A stretch of DNA of 64,000 nucleotides, taken from assembly GCA_050115495.1 (NCBI GenBank), contig JASFQK010000012.1, positions 64,001-128,000 of the forward strand, given 5' to 3'. The notes beneath the pieces are model-generated. The model saw nothing but the letters and a program-made list of their open reading frames with translations, made no database searches and was not told the origin of the DNA. Numbering within the stretch: the stretch's first letter is position 1; each line of letters opens with the position of its first letter. This DNA is from Phycisphaerae bacterium (lineage in GTDB: Bacteria > Planctomycetota > Phycisphaerae > UBA1845 > Fen-1342). Position numbers and translations under genes: made by a program. Positions 31,331 to 42,600 of this stretch are shown one piece after another.

Positions 31331-31834
31331 ATGGATGAGCAGCAGCCCCCGCGTCCGCCCGGCCCTCCGGAGCCACCCTCCGCCGGCGGCCGGCAGCGCA
31401 ACTTCGTCGGCGGCGCCTTCCGCCATCTCGCCCGCGTCGGCCGCGAAATGCTCTCCGTCACCGTCGGACGCTGGCTCGACGAGCCGGAGCCCCCGCTGCC
31501 GACTCCGTCCGACGACCCGCCCGCCGCCGGCCAGCTCAAGGCCGCCAACCAGCGCGTCAACCTCCTGCACAACGTGACCGAAAAGCTGCGCGGCGCCGCC
31601 GACGGCTACATCGCCGCCAAGCTCGACGAGATCGAGGCCCGGGTCGACGCCAAGCTCAACCAGATCGAGCAGCGCATCGACCACAAGGTCGAGGAACTCC
31701 ACGGCCAGTTGGCGGAAATGCGCGATCGCGAGCTCCGCCACCGCCTCCGCGTGCTCAAAATCACCCTCATGTTCACCGTGCTTGTCGCCCTTCTGTCGCT
31801 GGGGTATAAATGGATCGCTAGTCATTGGATGTGA
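31331..31834 (+). CDS. Coiled-coil protein with C-terminal TM anchor
   Basis: GGAGGA RBS; KLDEIEARVDAKLNQIEQRIDHKVEEL; hydrophobic tail. Confidence 0.75.
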   Translation: MDEQQPPRPPGPPEPPSAGGRQRNFVGGAFRHLARVGREMLSVTVGRWLDEPEPPLPTPSDDPPAAGQLKAANQRVNLLHNVTEKLRGAADGYIAAKLDEIEARVDAKLNQIEQRIDHKVEELHGQLAEMRDRELRHRLRVLKITLMFTVLVALLSLGYKWIASHWM

Positions 31835-31849
31835 TCCGAGGAACGCTCG

Positions 31850-32293
31850 ATGCCCATGCAGCACCTCAACGCTGACGCCACGGCGGTCGTCAAGCTGGCC
31901 AACGATATCGCCCACGAATATGAGCAGGAGTACGTCGGCACTGAGCACGTGCTGCTCGCCATCCTGCGGCACAACGACTGCGGCGGCGCCCGCATCCTCT
32001 CCAGCATGGGCGTCGACGAGACCCGCGCCCGCGACATGGTCGACAAGCTCGTCCAGCGGGCCAAAGAGGATACGTGGGTTTTCGGCCGCCTCCCCGGCTC
32101 ACCCAACTACCGCCGCGTCATCGAGCTCGCCATCGAGGAGGCCACCCGCCTCAATTCGAAACTGATCGGCAGCGAGCATCTCCTGCTCGGTCTGCTCCGC
32201 GAACGCGGCACGACCGGCCAGGCCGCTCTTGCCCACCTCGGCGTCAGCTACAAGTCCTGCCGCGATCAAATCGCCGGGCAGACGCACGACTGA
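31850..32293 (+). CDS. Stand-alone Clp N-terminal (double repeat) domain protein
   Basis: YVGTEHVLLAIL and IGSEHLLLGLL repeats; no AAA domain. Confidence 0.85.
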   Translation: MPMQHLNADATAVVKLANDIAHEYEQEYVGTEHVLLAILRHNDCGGARILSSMGVDETRARDMVDKLVQRAKEDTWVFGRLPGSPNYRRVIELAIEEATRLNSKLIGSEHLLLGLLRERGTTGQAALAHLGVSYKSCRDQIAGQTHD

Positions 32294-32310
32294 GGCTCCC
32301 CGCCCCCCGT

Positions 32311-33234
32311 CTATTCCCCGCTCGCGTCCAAGAACTCCAGGACGTCATCCACCACCGCGTGCATACGCGCCCAGCCGCCATGTGTCCGAGCCGCCACATG
32401 CGGCGTCAGGAGGCACCGTTCGCACGCGAACAGCCGATGCCCCGCTGGTAGCGGCTCCGGCTCCGTCACGTCCAGCGCCGCCCCCGCCAACCGCCCGTTC
32501 CCCACAGCGTCCGCCAGCGCCTCCGTCTCCACGACGGCCCCGCGTGACGTGTTGATCAGGCGAGCCCCAGGCTTCATTTGCCCCAGCACATCCGCGCCGA
32601 CCAGTCCCCGCGTCGCCGGCGTGAGCGGTACGTGCAGGCTCACGATGTCGCTTGCCGCCCACAGCGTATCCTTGTCCACCGCCACCGCCGGATACGCGAA
32701 CGGCCCCACGTCGACGATGTCGTTGTACAGCACGCGCGCCCCGAACCCCGCCGCACAGATTCGTCCAACGCGTGACCCGATCCGCCCCATCCCCACAATG
32801 CCGACCGTCAGCGTCGCCAACTCCACCCCATGCGGCTGCTCCCGCGCCGCCCGGTACTGCCCCGCCGCATACGCCGCCCCCAGCCGCCCCGTTGGCCGCA
32901 GCAGCTCCAGCATCAGCGCCACGGCCAACTCGGCGACGGCATCCGCCGCTGCCGCCGGCGTGTTCACCACGGCGATGCCCAGCTCCTTCGCCGCCTCAAT
33001 GTCGACGTTGTCTACTCCCACGCCGGCCACGCCCACGACCCGCAGTCGCCCGCCGGCGGCGAGCACCGCTCGCGTGATCTTCGTCGCCGTCCGCGCGACG
33101 ATCGCGTCGCAATCCGCCACCGCAGCGCACAGTGCCGTCTCACCTTCCCCCGTCGGCCGCACGACTTCCGCACCAGCGGCCAGCCGCCCCTCGGCGTCAG
33201 GATTCAACGGCCCTGTAAGCAGGATCTTCCACAC
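32311..33234 (-). CDS. D-isomer-specific 2-hydroxyacid dehydrogenase (SerA-like, no ACT domain)
   Basis: GVGVDNVD, GIVGMGRIG, SLHVPLT, INTSRG, AALDV..EP, TPHVA. Confidence 0.9.
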   Translation of the reverse strand: MWKILLTGPLNPDAEGRLAAGAEVVRPTGEGETALCAAVADCDAIVARTATKITRAVLAAGGRLRVVGVAGVGVDNVDIEAAKELGIAVVNTPAAAADAVAELAVALMLELLRPTGRLGAAYAAGQYRAAREQPHGVELATLTVGIVGMGRIGSRVGRICAAGFGARVLYNDIVDVGPFAYPAVAVDKDTLWAASDIVSLHVPLTPATRGLVGADVLGQMKPGARLINTSRGAVVETEALADAVGNGRLAGAALDVTEPEPLPAGHRLFACERCLLTPHVAARTHGGWARMHAVVDDVLEFLDASGE

Positions 33235-33310
33235 AGCGCAATTCCCGCGCGTCACCAACCACCGCAGCCGCCACCGGCCACGCGCCCGCGATTATGCCCC
33301 CGCCCCGCAG

Positions 33311-33465
33311 AATCCGAAATCTCAAATCTGAGATCTCAAATTTGGAATTTCAGATTCGACGGCCACGCCTCCCCGTCCGCATTGCGACAACCAGCCGCCC
33401 CGCCCGTACCACAGCAAGTGCCCGCGGCGCAGTATCTGAGATCTGAAATCGGAGATCTCAAATCT
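33311..33465. repeat. Two AT-rich heptamer tandem arrays (consensus near RATCTSA)
   Basis: 33311-33356: aatccga aatctca aatctga gatctca aatttgg aatttca. 33433-33465: tatctga gatctga aatcgga gatctca aatct. Confidence 0.75.
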
Positions 33466-34573
33466 CTTCCAGCATTCGCCGCCGGAGCTGTCCGCATGCC
33501 GCGTCGATGTCCTTGCCGCGTGACGTGCGAATGTGGGCATTGACGCCCGCCGACCGCAGGCACTGCTGAAACGTGTGTGTCGCCTCACTGCCCGGCCGCC
33601 GGTACGGCAGCCCCGGCACGGGGTTATACCGCAGCAGGTTCACGTTGCAGCGCAACCCGCGGGCGAGCTTCGCCAGCCGCCGGGCCTGCACCTCCGAGTC
33701 ATTCACGCCGCCCAGCAGCACATACTCGAGCGTGATCTCCCGTCCCGTCTTGCGGAAGTACTCCGCGCACGCCGCCAGCACGTCGCCGATCGGCGCCTTC
33801 GCTCCCGGAATCAGCTCCTGCCGCAGCTCATCGTCCGCCGCATGCAGCGACACGGCGAGGTTGAGTTGCAGGTCCTCCCCGGCCAGCCGCCGAATCTGCC
33901 GCGGCAGCCCGACCGTGCTCAGCGTGATCCGCCGCGCCCCCAGTTCGAGCCCCCACGGCGCGTTCAGAATGCGCACCGCCTTGATGACCTCGGCGTAGTT
34001 CGCCAGCGGTTCGCCCATGCCCATCAGCACGATGTTCGTCAGCCCCCGTCCGGTTACCGCCCCGCCGGCGTGAATCAGCGTCTCCACGGCCAGTGCCTGC
34101 TCGACGATCTCCCCAGCCGTCAGGTTCCGCTCGAACCCGGCCTGCCCGCTCGCGCAGAATTTGCAGCCTATCGGGCAGCCGATTTGCGACGACAGACACG
34201 CCGTGTTCCGCGACGCCTCCGGAATCCACACCGTCTCGCACGTCGTCCCGTCCGGCCAGGTGATGAGCAGCTTCCGCGTCCCGTCGCTGGAGACGAGCTC
34301 GCGAGCGATTTGCCCCCGGCGGATGAAGGCTTCGCCGGCCAGCCGCGTCCGCAGGACCCGCGGCAGGTTGCTCATCGCCTCGAAGTCCGCCGCGCCCTTG
34401 GCGTAGATCCAATCGAGAATCTGCCCGGCCCGGTACGCCGGCTCGCCGCGGGCTTCCAGCCACGCCCGCAGTTCCTCGACGTACAGACCCGGCAGATGAA
34501 CCGCGGCGACCGCGGAGGGGCCTGTGCCCGCTCCGTCCGGTCGCCGCGTCGGTTCAGACGGTCTCTCGTCCAT
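33458..34573 (-). CDS. rlmN: 23S rRNA m2A2503 methyltransferase (radical SAM)
   Basis: CLSSQIGCPIGCKFCASG, MGMGEP, LAVSLHA, EYVLLGGVND, DIDAACGQL. Confidence 0.96.
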   Translation of the reverse strand: MDERPSEPTRRPDGAGTGPSAVAAVHLPGLYVEELRAWLEARGEPAYRAGQILDWIYAKGAADFEAMSNLPRVLRTRLAGEAFIRRGQIARELVSSDGTRKLLITWPDGTTCETVWIPEASRNTACLSSQIGCPIGCKFCASGQAGFERNLTAGEIVEQALAVETLIHAGGAVTGRGLTNIVLMGMGEPLANYAEVIKAVRILNAPWGLELGARRITLSTVGLPRQIRRLAGEDLQLNLAVSLHAADDELRQELIPGAKAPIGDVLAACAEYFRKTGREITLEYVLLGGVNDSEVQARRLAKLARGLRCNVNLLRYNPVPGLPYRRPGSEATHTFQQCLRSAGVNAHIRTSRGKDIDAACGQLRRRMLEEI

Positions 34574-34580
34574 CAAGCCC

Positions 34581-36848
34581 TTATGGTTCCAGCAGGAGCG
34601 TGATAAACGGACTGATGTCGAAGTTGTCGACGCTGCCGTCGCCGTTGACGTCGGCGAGGTTGACGTCGCAAGTCGGATACGCCTCAGCGTAACCGGTCGG
34701 GTTGGTCACCGCCAGGATGAACGGCGAGATGTCGAAGTTGTCGACCGCCCCGTCGCAGTTCAGGTCGCCCGGCGCGAACGGGCACGGCAGCACCACCGCC
34801 GCCCGCACCGCGTCAATGCCGGCCTCGACCACGTCGCCCGGCGACAGGTCGCTGGCCGAGAACCGGATCCGCAACGTCGCCGTCGCCGGAACCTCCGTGC
34901 CGACCGCGATGCTGTCCGTCCGCCAGGCGCCGGCGGCCGTGTTGTACACCCGCACCGTCGTCCAGTTCGTGCCGGCGGCGTTCGTGGCCACCTGGACCGT
35001 CAGCGAGTCTTCCGCACCCATTTCGCCGGTCGGCACATCATTCACCCAGTAGGCGTACGACAGCGTGCCGCCGTCGGTCATGTCGATCACCGGCGAAGTG
35101 AACGTTGTCGTGCCGTTGTCCACGTCCGAGTTCGAGTTGCCCGGATCGTTGTCCGTCAGGGCACAGCGGCCCGAGCCGTCGAAGTCCGCCGGCGGATCGC
35201 CACGGTCGTTGTCCACCGGCACGCCGATCTCCCATTGACCGTCCGTCGCGTCGCCGGAGACCGTCCAGCCCAGGTCCGTCTCGAAGTTGTCGTCGTACAT
35301 GACGGCGACGTTCATCACCGGCGCGGTGTACGTGACGGACGGAGCCCCGCACGGGCTGCGGGCGATGCCCCCGCCGTTGCCCTCGGCGACCAGGTAGTAC
35401 TCCAGCGTCGCCCCGCACGGCCCGCCGGGGATGTTCACGAGGTAGTCGTTCCCACCCTGCATCGCCAGCGATACCGGCGTGAACGACTGCGTCGGGTTGT
35501 ACCGGTAGTACAGCTTGCCCGTCCCCGGCACGTACGTCTGCTGCCCCGCCGTGATCGTCACCGGCAGCACGGTCGCCTCGCCCGGCACCACGTAGTTCGG
35601 CGTGCCGTTCGGCAGGGAGATTACCACCGGCGTCGAGGCCCACTCGGTCAGGTGCATGATCGCGGGCAGATACTCCTCACAGCTCGGTAGAATTTGGTCC
35701 GGCGGAAGCTGGAAGCCGTACTGCCCGGTATCCCGCAGCTCGAAGCTGAACGAGATGCGGTCGGCGACGCCGTACGACCAGTCGATCGACCCTCCGTTGC
35801 ACGCGTAGATCGTCGAGGCGATCGGCCCCTGTTCGAAGTACTTCCCATGCACGCTCTGAATGAGCTGCTGCATCGTCGCCCCGATCGTGTCGTAGGTCGT
35901 GTAGTCCGGCTCCGGCGGCAGGACGTAATCGTAGCCATACGGCCACAGGATGAGCTGCGAGTAGCTGTGGTTGTTGACATACGCCGTAATCTCCGGATGC
36001 GCGAGGATGAAGTCACGGATCGACTGCGTCTCCGGTTCGCTGAACGCCGACGGCCCGCGGTATGTCTCGTCCCACGTATACGGACTCGACCCGGAGTTGT
36101 CGTAGCCCCAGTGGAAGCCGAAGTTGCGGTTCAGGTCGACGCCCCAGCTTCCGTCGCCGTTGTTACGCCGGTTCTTCCGCCACATCCGGTCCGTGGTCCA
36201 GGTGTAGTTGTACCCGTCCGGGTTGACGCACGGCGCCAGGTAGAAGTGCGTGCGGTTCACCAGGTCGGTGATGCACGGGTCCACGCCGTAATTGCTCAGC
36301 AGGTGGTCCGCCAGGTACAGCACAACCGGCCCGGTGATCCACTCGCGGGCGTGGATGAGCGCGTCATAGAAGACCGCCGGCTTCGGATCGGGATCAGTCC
36401 CGGTGATGTGCAGGGCCAGGATGTCCCGCCCTTCCACCGTATCGCCGATATCGATGATCTCGCACAGCCCGGGATTCTCCGCCACGCGGGCCTGCATCCA
36501 CGTCGTCATCTCGGCCAGCGACATGTAATGGTCCCAGTCGCTCCGCCCGTCGCCCTCGACCGGCTGCCGCGTTAGCGGCCCCAAGTCCTCGATCATCACC
36601 GAGTACTTCAGACCGGAGGCCTTCAGGGCCTCCAACCGGTCCGGCGGAATCCGGGCGTCCAGTTGCCCAATTCCGATATGCTCACTCCATATATCCGGAC
36701 TGATGCTCAGCAGCAGGTCCAGTTCCGCCTTGTTGTGCACGTCCACCCGGACCACCTGGTGCCCCGTGTAGTCCACCCATTGCCCCAGAGCCGGGCAGGC
36801 CAGCAGCACCACAGCCAACAATAGACACGACAGCGTGCGGCACATCAT
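34581..36848 (-). CDS. Secreted M14 zinc carboxypeptidase with propeptide and C-terminal dockerin-like domain
   Basis: Signal peptide; [53 protein letters not shown]...[16 protein letters not shown]. Confidence 0.92.
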   Translation of the reverse strand: MMCRTLSCLLLAVVLLACPALGQWVDYTGHQVVRVDVHNKAELDLLLSISPDIWSEHIGIGQLDARIPPDRLEALKASGLKYSVMIEDLGPLTRQPVEGDGRSDWDHYMSLAEMTTWMQARVAENPGLCEIIDIGDTVEGRDILALHITGTDPDPKPAVFYDALIHAREWITGPVVLYLADHLLSNYGVDPCITDLVNRTHFYLAPCVNPDGYNYTWTTDRMWRKNRRNNGDGSWGVDLNRNFGFHWGYDNSGSSPYTWDETYRGPSAFSEPETQSIRDFILAHPEITAYVNNHSYSQLILWPYGYDYVLPPEPDYTTYDTIGATMQQLIQSVHGKYFEQGPIASTIYACNGGSIDWSYGVADRISFSFELRDTGQYGFQLPPDQILPSCEEYLPAIMHLTEWASTPVVISLPNGTPNYVVPGEATVLPVTITAGQQTYVPGTGKLYYRYNPTQSFTPVSLAMQGGNDYLVNIPGGPCGATLEYYLVAEGNGGGIARSPCGAPSVTYTAPVMNVAVMYDDNFETDLGWTVSGDATDGQWEIGVPVDNDRGDPPADFDGSGRCALTDNDPGNSNSDVDNGTTTFTSPVIDMTDGGTLSYAYWVNDVPTGEMGAEDSLTVQVATNAAGTNWTTVRVYNTAAGAWRTDSIAVGTEVPATATLRIRFSASDLSPGDVVEAGIDAVRAAVVLPCPFAPGDLNCDGAVDNFDISPFILAVTNPTGYAEAYPTCDVNLADVNGDGSVDNFDISPFITLLLEP

Positions 36849-37150
36849 CTCCGGATTCCTCCATTGGCATGAGTTCCCAGCGCGGCGAGCCTCTCGCCCC
36901 ACCTCTCGCCTTCAGAAAGCCAGTTTACCGCGACGCACGTCGGCTGACCTGTGGAAAATTGTATCGCTGCCGACGATTTTCACCGGGTTGCGCTTGACAT
37001 TATCGGTCTTTGACAGCGCCCCCATCGTCAGACTTCGCCGCCGACACGCCCGTCTTGCACCCGCCCCACCGCCGATCTATGCTCCGCCCCTTCGTGACTC
37101 TCCGTGAGTCCGTCCCCTGGTCCCCTGCACTGCCTGCGGAGGAGCTTGCG

Positions 37151-38074
37151 ATGGTCAGCGCCGGCGAGCGTCCCACGAACTACGATCCCGATCCCAACCT
37201 CAAGGTCTGGCTCAACGGCGACCTGATCTCCGCCGCCGACGCCAAGGTCAGCATCTTCGACCACGGCCTCCTCTACGGCGACGGCATCTTCGAGGGCATC
37301 CGCAGCTACAACGGCCGGATTTTCGAGACGCAGGCCCACCTCGAGCGTTTCTTCGAATCCGCCCGGTCCCTCCTGATCGAGCTGCCCTACACCGCCGCCG
37401 AACTCGACCAGGCCATGCACGCCACGCTCGAGGCCAACGGCCTGCTCGACCCGGCCAAGGACGCATACATCCGCCTGGTCGCCACGCGTGGCGTCGGTCT
37501 GCTGGGCATGTCGCCCGAACGGGCCGGCCGGCCGAACGTCTTCGTCATCGGCACGCCGCTGGGCATCTACCGCGCCGACGTGTACGAGAAGGGTCTGCGG
37601 GCGGTCATCAGCTCGGTCGTCCGCAACCACCCCAACGCGATGCCGCCGCGGATCAAGTCGCTCAACTACCTGAACAACATCCTGGCCAAGATCGAGCAGC
37701 ACCAGCGCGGCGCCGACGAAGCCATCATGCTTAACCATCTCGGCCACGTCGCCGAGGCCACCGCCGACAACGTTTTCATCGTTCGCGGCGGCCAGTTGTG
37801 CACGCCGCCCGTCTCGGCCTCACTGCTCGAAGGCATCACGCGGGCGAACGTCATCCGCCTGGCCCGCGAAGCCGGTCTCGAGGTCATCGAGCGCAACCTC
37901 GAACGCGTCGACCTGTACACCGCTCGCGAGTGCTTCCTCACCGGCACCGCCGCCGAAGTCGTCCCGGTGATCGAGATCGACGGTCGTCCCATCGGCGACG
38001 GCCAGGTCGGCCCGATAACCCGCGACATCATGGCGGCCTACACGCGCCTCGTCCGCCACACCCCGGCCGACTAA
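37151..38074 (+). CDS. ilvE: Branched-chain amino acid aminotransferase
   Basis: DHGLLYGDGIFEG, KSLNY, EATADNVF, LEGITR, FLTGTAAEV. Confidence 0.93.
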   Translation: MVSAGERPTNYDPDPNLKVWLNGDLISAADAKVSIFDHGLLYGDGIFEGIRSYNGRIFETQAHLERFFESARSLLIELPYTAAELDQAMHATLEANGLLDPAKDAYIRLVATRGVGLLGMSPERAGRPNVFVIGTPLGIYRADVYEKGLRAVISSVVRNHPNAMPPRIKSLNYLNNILAKIEQHQRGADEAIMLNHLGHVAEATADNVFIVRGGQLCTPPVSASLLEGITRANVIRLAREAGLEVIERNLERVDLYTARECFLTGTAAEVVPVIEIDGRPIGDGQVGPITRDIMAAYTRLVRHTPAD

Positions 38075-38097
38075 CCGCCGCCGGCATCGAGCGCCCG

Positions 38098-38150
38098 TTA
38101 TTTCCCGAGCAGCATCTGCACGAACGGGCTGATGTCGACGTTGTTCACTG
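38098..38150 (-). pseudogene. Remnant 3' end of a dockerin-domain gene
   Basis: Reverse strand reads AVNNVDISPFVQMLLGK*, matching the second dockerin repeat and stop of the other four genes. Upstream sequence is unrelated. Confidence 0.6.
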
Positions 38151-38775
38151 CTTCGGTCGGGTCAGTTACGGCATGCTGACGGCGCGGTTGGCTCGACGCG
38201 TCGCCGACAAGCGTCTGTGACGCATCGTCCGGGCGTTGCTGAACGCCCGGCCGGTGCATGACGGCGCGTGCATCGAGTGGTACGAACGGGCGCCGCGGGA
38301 TGGGTGGCTGTCGTCGCTGCTGGCAGGCTGTGCATTGAGCCTTGCGTCGACGAGGCTTCAACTACTCAACTAACACATCCGCCAGACCACCCCAGACAGA
38401 ACTGAGGCGTCGCGTTGAGTTGGATGAACTCCGAGCTACACGTGCTGGTGATCGGCTGCGTGACCTATTCGTGGTATGCCGCCCGTCGCGGGTACCCTCT
38501 GCGGCTGGACGAATGCCGCACTCGCCGCCGGCTACGCAGACAACGTGCCCGTGGGCGTCCGCCGCTAGCCTTGAAGCGACCTGGCAATTCCAAAGAGACA
38601 CTACTTGACTTGTCTTGTCGGGAGCGGTTACGGATCGACCAATGTAGCCCACTGGGGCGATCTTTCCCTTGAGTAGCCTACAAGAATTCTGTTAAGGTAC
38701 AGGAGTAATGGGGTGGGCAGTTGTCCGGCCGCGCTGGCTGGCACACCTCAACGACTGAACGCTGAGAGAGGAGGA

Positions 38776-39531
38776 ATGAGTATGGGAATCAGGAAGTTGT
38801 GTGTGATTGCATGTACCCTGGGCATGCTCTCTACGGCTGCCTGGGCGGACATGCTGATCGCATCGTCGCCTGCCGAGGGTCAGCTCTGGAACGATGACAT
38901 CGCCGCCAAGATGCTGGCTACCGGCAAGATCACTGAGAACATCGACTTCTACGACATCCGTACGGGAACACCAACGCTTGGGGACCTCCTGGCGTACAGC
39001 GCTGTCATGTGCTTCACCGATTCCCTGGCCGCCGACCCGAACGCCTTGGGCGATGTCCTGGCCGACTACGTGGATGCCGGTGGCGGCGTCGTTCAGGCCT
39101 GGGCGTCCAATCTGGCCGGCTATGGGATTGCGGGGCGTTGGCTGAGCGGCGGCTACGCGCCGTTCGTCTACGGCAACTTCGGTGGCGGACAAGAGACGAT
39201 CGGCACGCGCCACGTGCCCGCTCACCCCACGCTGCTGGACGTTGATACGTTCGACGGCGGCAGCGCCGGCTTCCGCTCCACGGGGCCGGTGCAGACCTAC
39301 GCGATTGCCATCGCTGACTGGTCTGGAGGTGACCCGCTGATTGCCGAGACCCCCGGCAAGAACGGCCGGATCATCGGATTGAACATGTTCCCGCCCTCCA
39401 GCGACGTGCGCAGCGATCTCTGGGTGGCCAGCACGGATGGCGGCCATATGATGGCCAATGCGATGGTCTACGTGCCAGAGCCAGCCTCCATTCTTCTGCT
39501 CACCGCGCTGATGCTCCTGCGCCGACGCTAG
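38776..39531 (+). CDS. PEP-CTERM sorting domain protein
   Basis: AGGAGGA RBS, signal peptide ending AWA, C-terminus VPEPASILLLTALMLLRRR. Confidence 0.9.
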   Translation: MSMGIRKLCVIACTLGMLSTAAWADMLIASSPAEGQLWNDDIAAKMLATGKITENIDFYDIRTGTPTLGDLLAYSAVMCFTDSLAADPNALGDVLADYVDAGGGVVQAWASNLAGYGIAGRWLSGGYAPFVYGNFGGGQETIGTRHVPAHPTLLDVDTFDGGSAGFRSTGPVQTYAIAIADWSGGDPLIAETPGKNGRIIGLNMFPPSSDVRSDLWVASTDGGHMMANAMVYVPEPASILLLTALMLLRRR

Positions 39532-39636
39532 CGGCGTTGCGGTGAGAGTGGTATTCACGAAGACCGCGCACACAGCGCGGTCTTCTTGTCTTTCGGGGGC
39601 GTCAGGGATGTTGTGCTTGCAGACGTTGACCGCCGC

Positions 39637-42600
39637 CTACTCCGGCGCCAGCAGCCTCACGAACGGCGTGATGTCGAAGTTGTCCACTGCGCCGTCGCCG
39701 TTGATGTCGGCGTTGAACCGCTCGCATCCCGGGAAGTCGGCGGCATACATCTCCGGGTGGCCCACTGCCTTCACGAACGGGCTGATGTCGAAGTTGTTGA
39801 CGTCGCCGTCGCAGTTCAGATCACCCGGCAGCAGCGGCCGCAGGTAGAGGTCGTCGTAGTAGAGCGCCGTCGACGTGTTCGCGTACAGATCGACCGCCGC
39901 GATGTCCAGCACGCCGCCGCCACCGCCGAAGACACCGGCCGTCCACGACGCCGCTGTGCCGAGCTGGACGCCGTCGTAATACGTGCGGTACCAGTCCTCG
40001 TTCAGGTCAATCAGCACGTCGATCTTCACCCACTGGTCCGTGATCAGCGGCATCGACACGGGTGTCTCCTGATCGCGAATGAACGACCCCGTCACCGAAT
40101 CCGCGTGCAGTTGCACCGACCAATGGTACGGCCCACCGTCGTTGTAAGTGTTCAGCAGGATAAAGTACGAGCCGCAGTTGTCGCTCGCGTCACAGCCCGA
40201 CTCGAAGTCCGCCGGAACGTACTGCCACGTGGTGAACATCCAACGCGCGGCTGGTGCATCGAGTTCGTGCACGAGGTCTGCCGCTCCTTCCACCATCACC
40301 GAGTGGAACGGCGTGCGCTTCTCGGCATCCGTCACGATGGCGTCGGCGGCCGGGTTGTTGTCCCAGCCCTTCCAGCCATAGATGTCCTGCAGCCCCGCGC
40401 CGACGTCGTGGAAATCGAACGCATCGTGCCAGTGATCTGCCCACCACGTGCTGCTCGACATGGCGAAGTTGTCGATCGCCACCGCCCCTCCACTGCCGTT
40501 CGCGAACATCAGCCAGTGCACCTCCTGCCACGCCGGCGGCGGAACCACGTCATACGTCAAATGCACACGCTCCCAACCCGCCTCCAGCACCTCGACCTCC
40601 TCGTGCAGGTTCTCGATCGCACTCTCCGGCGGCAGCACCGGTTCGCAGAAGACGGTACCTCCGCCGCTGTACCGATCGAACTGACACGAGACATGCTCGC
40701 GGCCGTCGAGCTCGGCTTCATCGTCGAAGTGCACCATCAGCTTCCCGTCCGCCGGGAACTCGCCCGGCAGCCCCAGCACGCCGCGATGATCCGTCACCTC
40801 CGGTAACCATTCCGGCGGAAACGTCCCGAGTCGGTCCCACAGCGTCCCCTCGTACCATGTCGGCAACACTTCGTAGTGCGCCTCTGGCGGCCACTCCGTC
40901 GAGTTGAAGTAGTAATACGCCGCCTCGCTCTTCTCCGTCTGCTCCGGCGGCACGCCCTCTGGCTCGGTCGACTTGTCCTTCGGCTCACCCGTCGTGTCGA
41001 TCGTGATGTTGTCGATGAAGATGAAGCTACCGGCGCCCGACCCCGTCTTCAGCGTGAAGGTGACGTTCTCGAACGGCGGCACCGGCACCAGGTCCATCTC
41101 CCACGTGCAATGCAACGAGCCATCCGCATTGGCCGTCTCGCCCGTTACCTGCGGCGTGAACGCGGCCGGCGGTCGGGTGTCTTCGCCGGGCGGCGGTTGT
41201 ACGACCACGTTCCACGCGTCGTCCGTCGGGTCGCAGGCCATGATGTCGGCCGTGATCACCACATGCTGCTTTTCCGCCAGGCTGTCCGTGTTGAACACGT
41301 GGGCCGTCAGCGTGGCCGTCTCCAACGGCCCCATCACGCCCCAGAAACCCTGCTTGTCCGGCCACGCCGGGTCGCTGTAGTAGTGCATTAGTGGCCCGCC
41401 GCACGTCCACTCTGGCCACGAGACCTGCGCCGGCACATATCCCGGCGTCGCCGATCCCGGCAGCCACGTTGCCGCAAAGCCGTAGCCCACGGCTGTCCTC
41501 ACTGCCCAGTCGGCGGGCGGCTCTGTCCCCATGGCCACCGGCCCGCTCGTCAGTACCATCGCGTCGAACACGAACGGTCCGCTCGGCTCGCCGACGGCCT
41601 CGATGGTCAGGTGATTCTCACCCTCCCGAAAGCTCTCCCACGCCACCGGCAGCGTCAGCTCGCCGGTCAGAATCCCCGGCGGCAGCGGGATCGGGTCATC
41701 GTTCAGACGGACAATCCAAAACCCACTGTCGATGGGAAACAGCAACGTCAGGTCGAGCTCCGGCTCCTCCCACTCCTCTGGCGGCGGGGGCGGCGGCTTC
41801 TCCTTGGGCCACGGCGGCCACGGCGGCGGCGGCTTCCAGATGATCGTGTCCAGGAAGTTGGGCACGACGTACGGCGGCGGCTGACCCTGCGCGATCAGGT
41901 GTTCGACCACGTCGACCACGAAGCCGCCGTGGTCGGTGAAGTGCAGCAGGAGTTGCGTGTTCGCGTCGAGGTTGGCGCACGCCGCACTGATCGCGTCCAG
42001 CAGATCCTGCCTCGTTCCGTTCGGCAGCACCTGCATGGTGCACGGCGCACCGCCGTAAAGGCCCGTCAGCGCGGCCTGCATATTATCCATGTCGTTGTAG
42101 TACGCCGGCTGATCCATCCGGCCGCCGAACAGGATGACTTCGTGGCTGGTCCCGGGGGCATTCCAGACGATGTTCTGACCACCGTTGCCGCCGGTGACCA
42201 CCGGGTTTTCCGCCTGTTCGTGATACGGTCCGGCCTCGTCGTGTTGCACGGCGGTGGTCAGATCCGCCAGCACGTTGTTCGAGCCGGCGTCGAGCATCGC
42301 GCCCGGCGTCGGATCCCAGTGCCCGCTCTGTGGCCCGGCCAGCGCGCTCGTGAGCTTCGAGCCCAGGTTCGCCGTGGGGTCCTCGCACCACTCCGCCCGG
42401 AACGCCCACGCGTACTCGTACCACTGCGCTGCCGACGCGAACATCCACGGCACGCCCGGACACGGCCCCGTCGGACCGAAGATGAACGTGATCTCGGTCT
42501 CAAACCCGCCGCCGTAGCATGTGTTCAGAATGATCTTCACGTCCGCGACCTGCCCGCCGTAGGCGTTGATCTCGTTGGCGATGTGCATGGCCAGCTCATC

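Noticed and set aside
36994..37015. Two TTGACA hexamers upstream of ilvE
   Set aside because: No acceptable -10 at the proper spacing from either.
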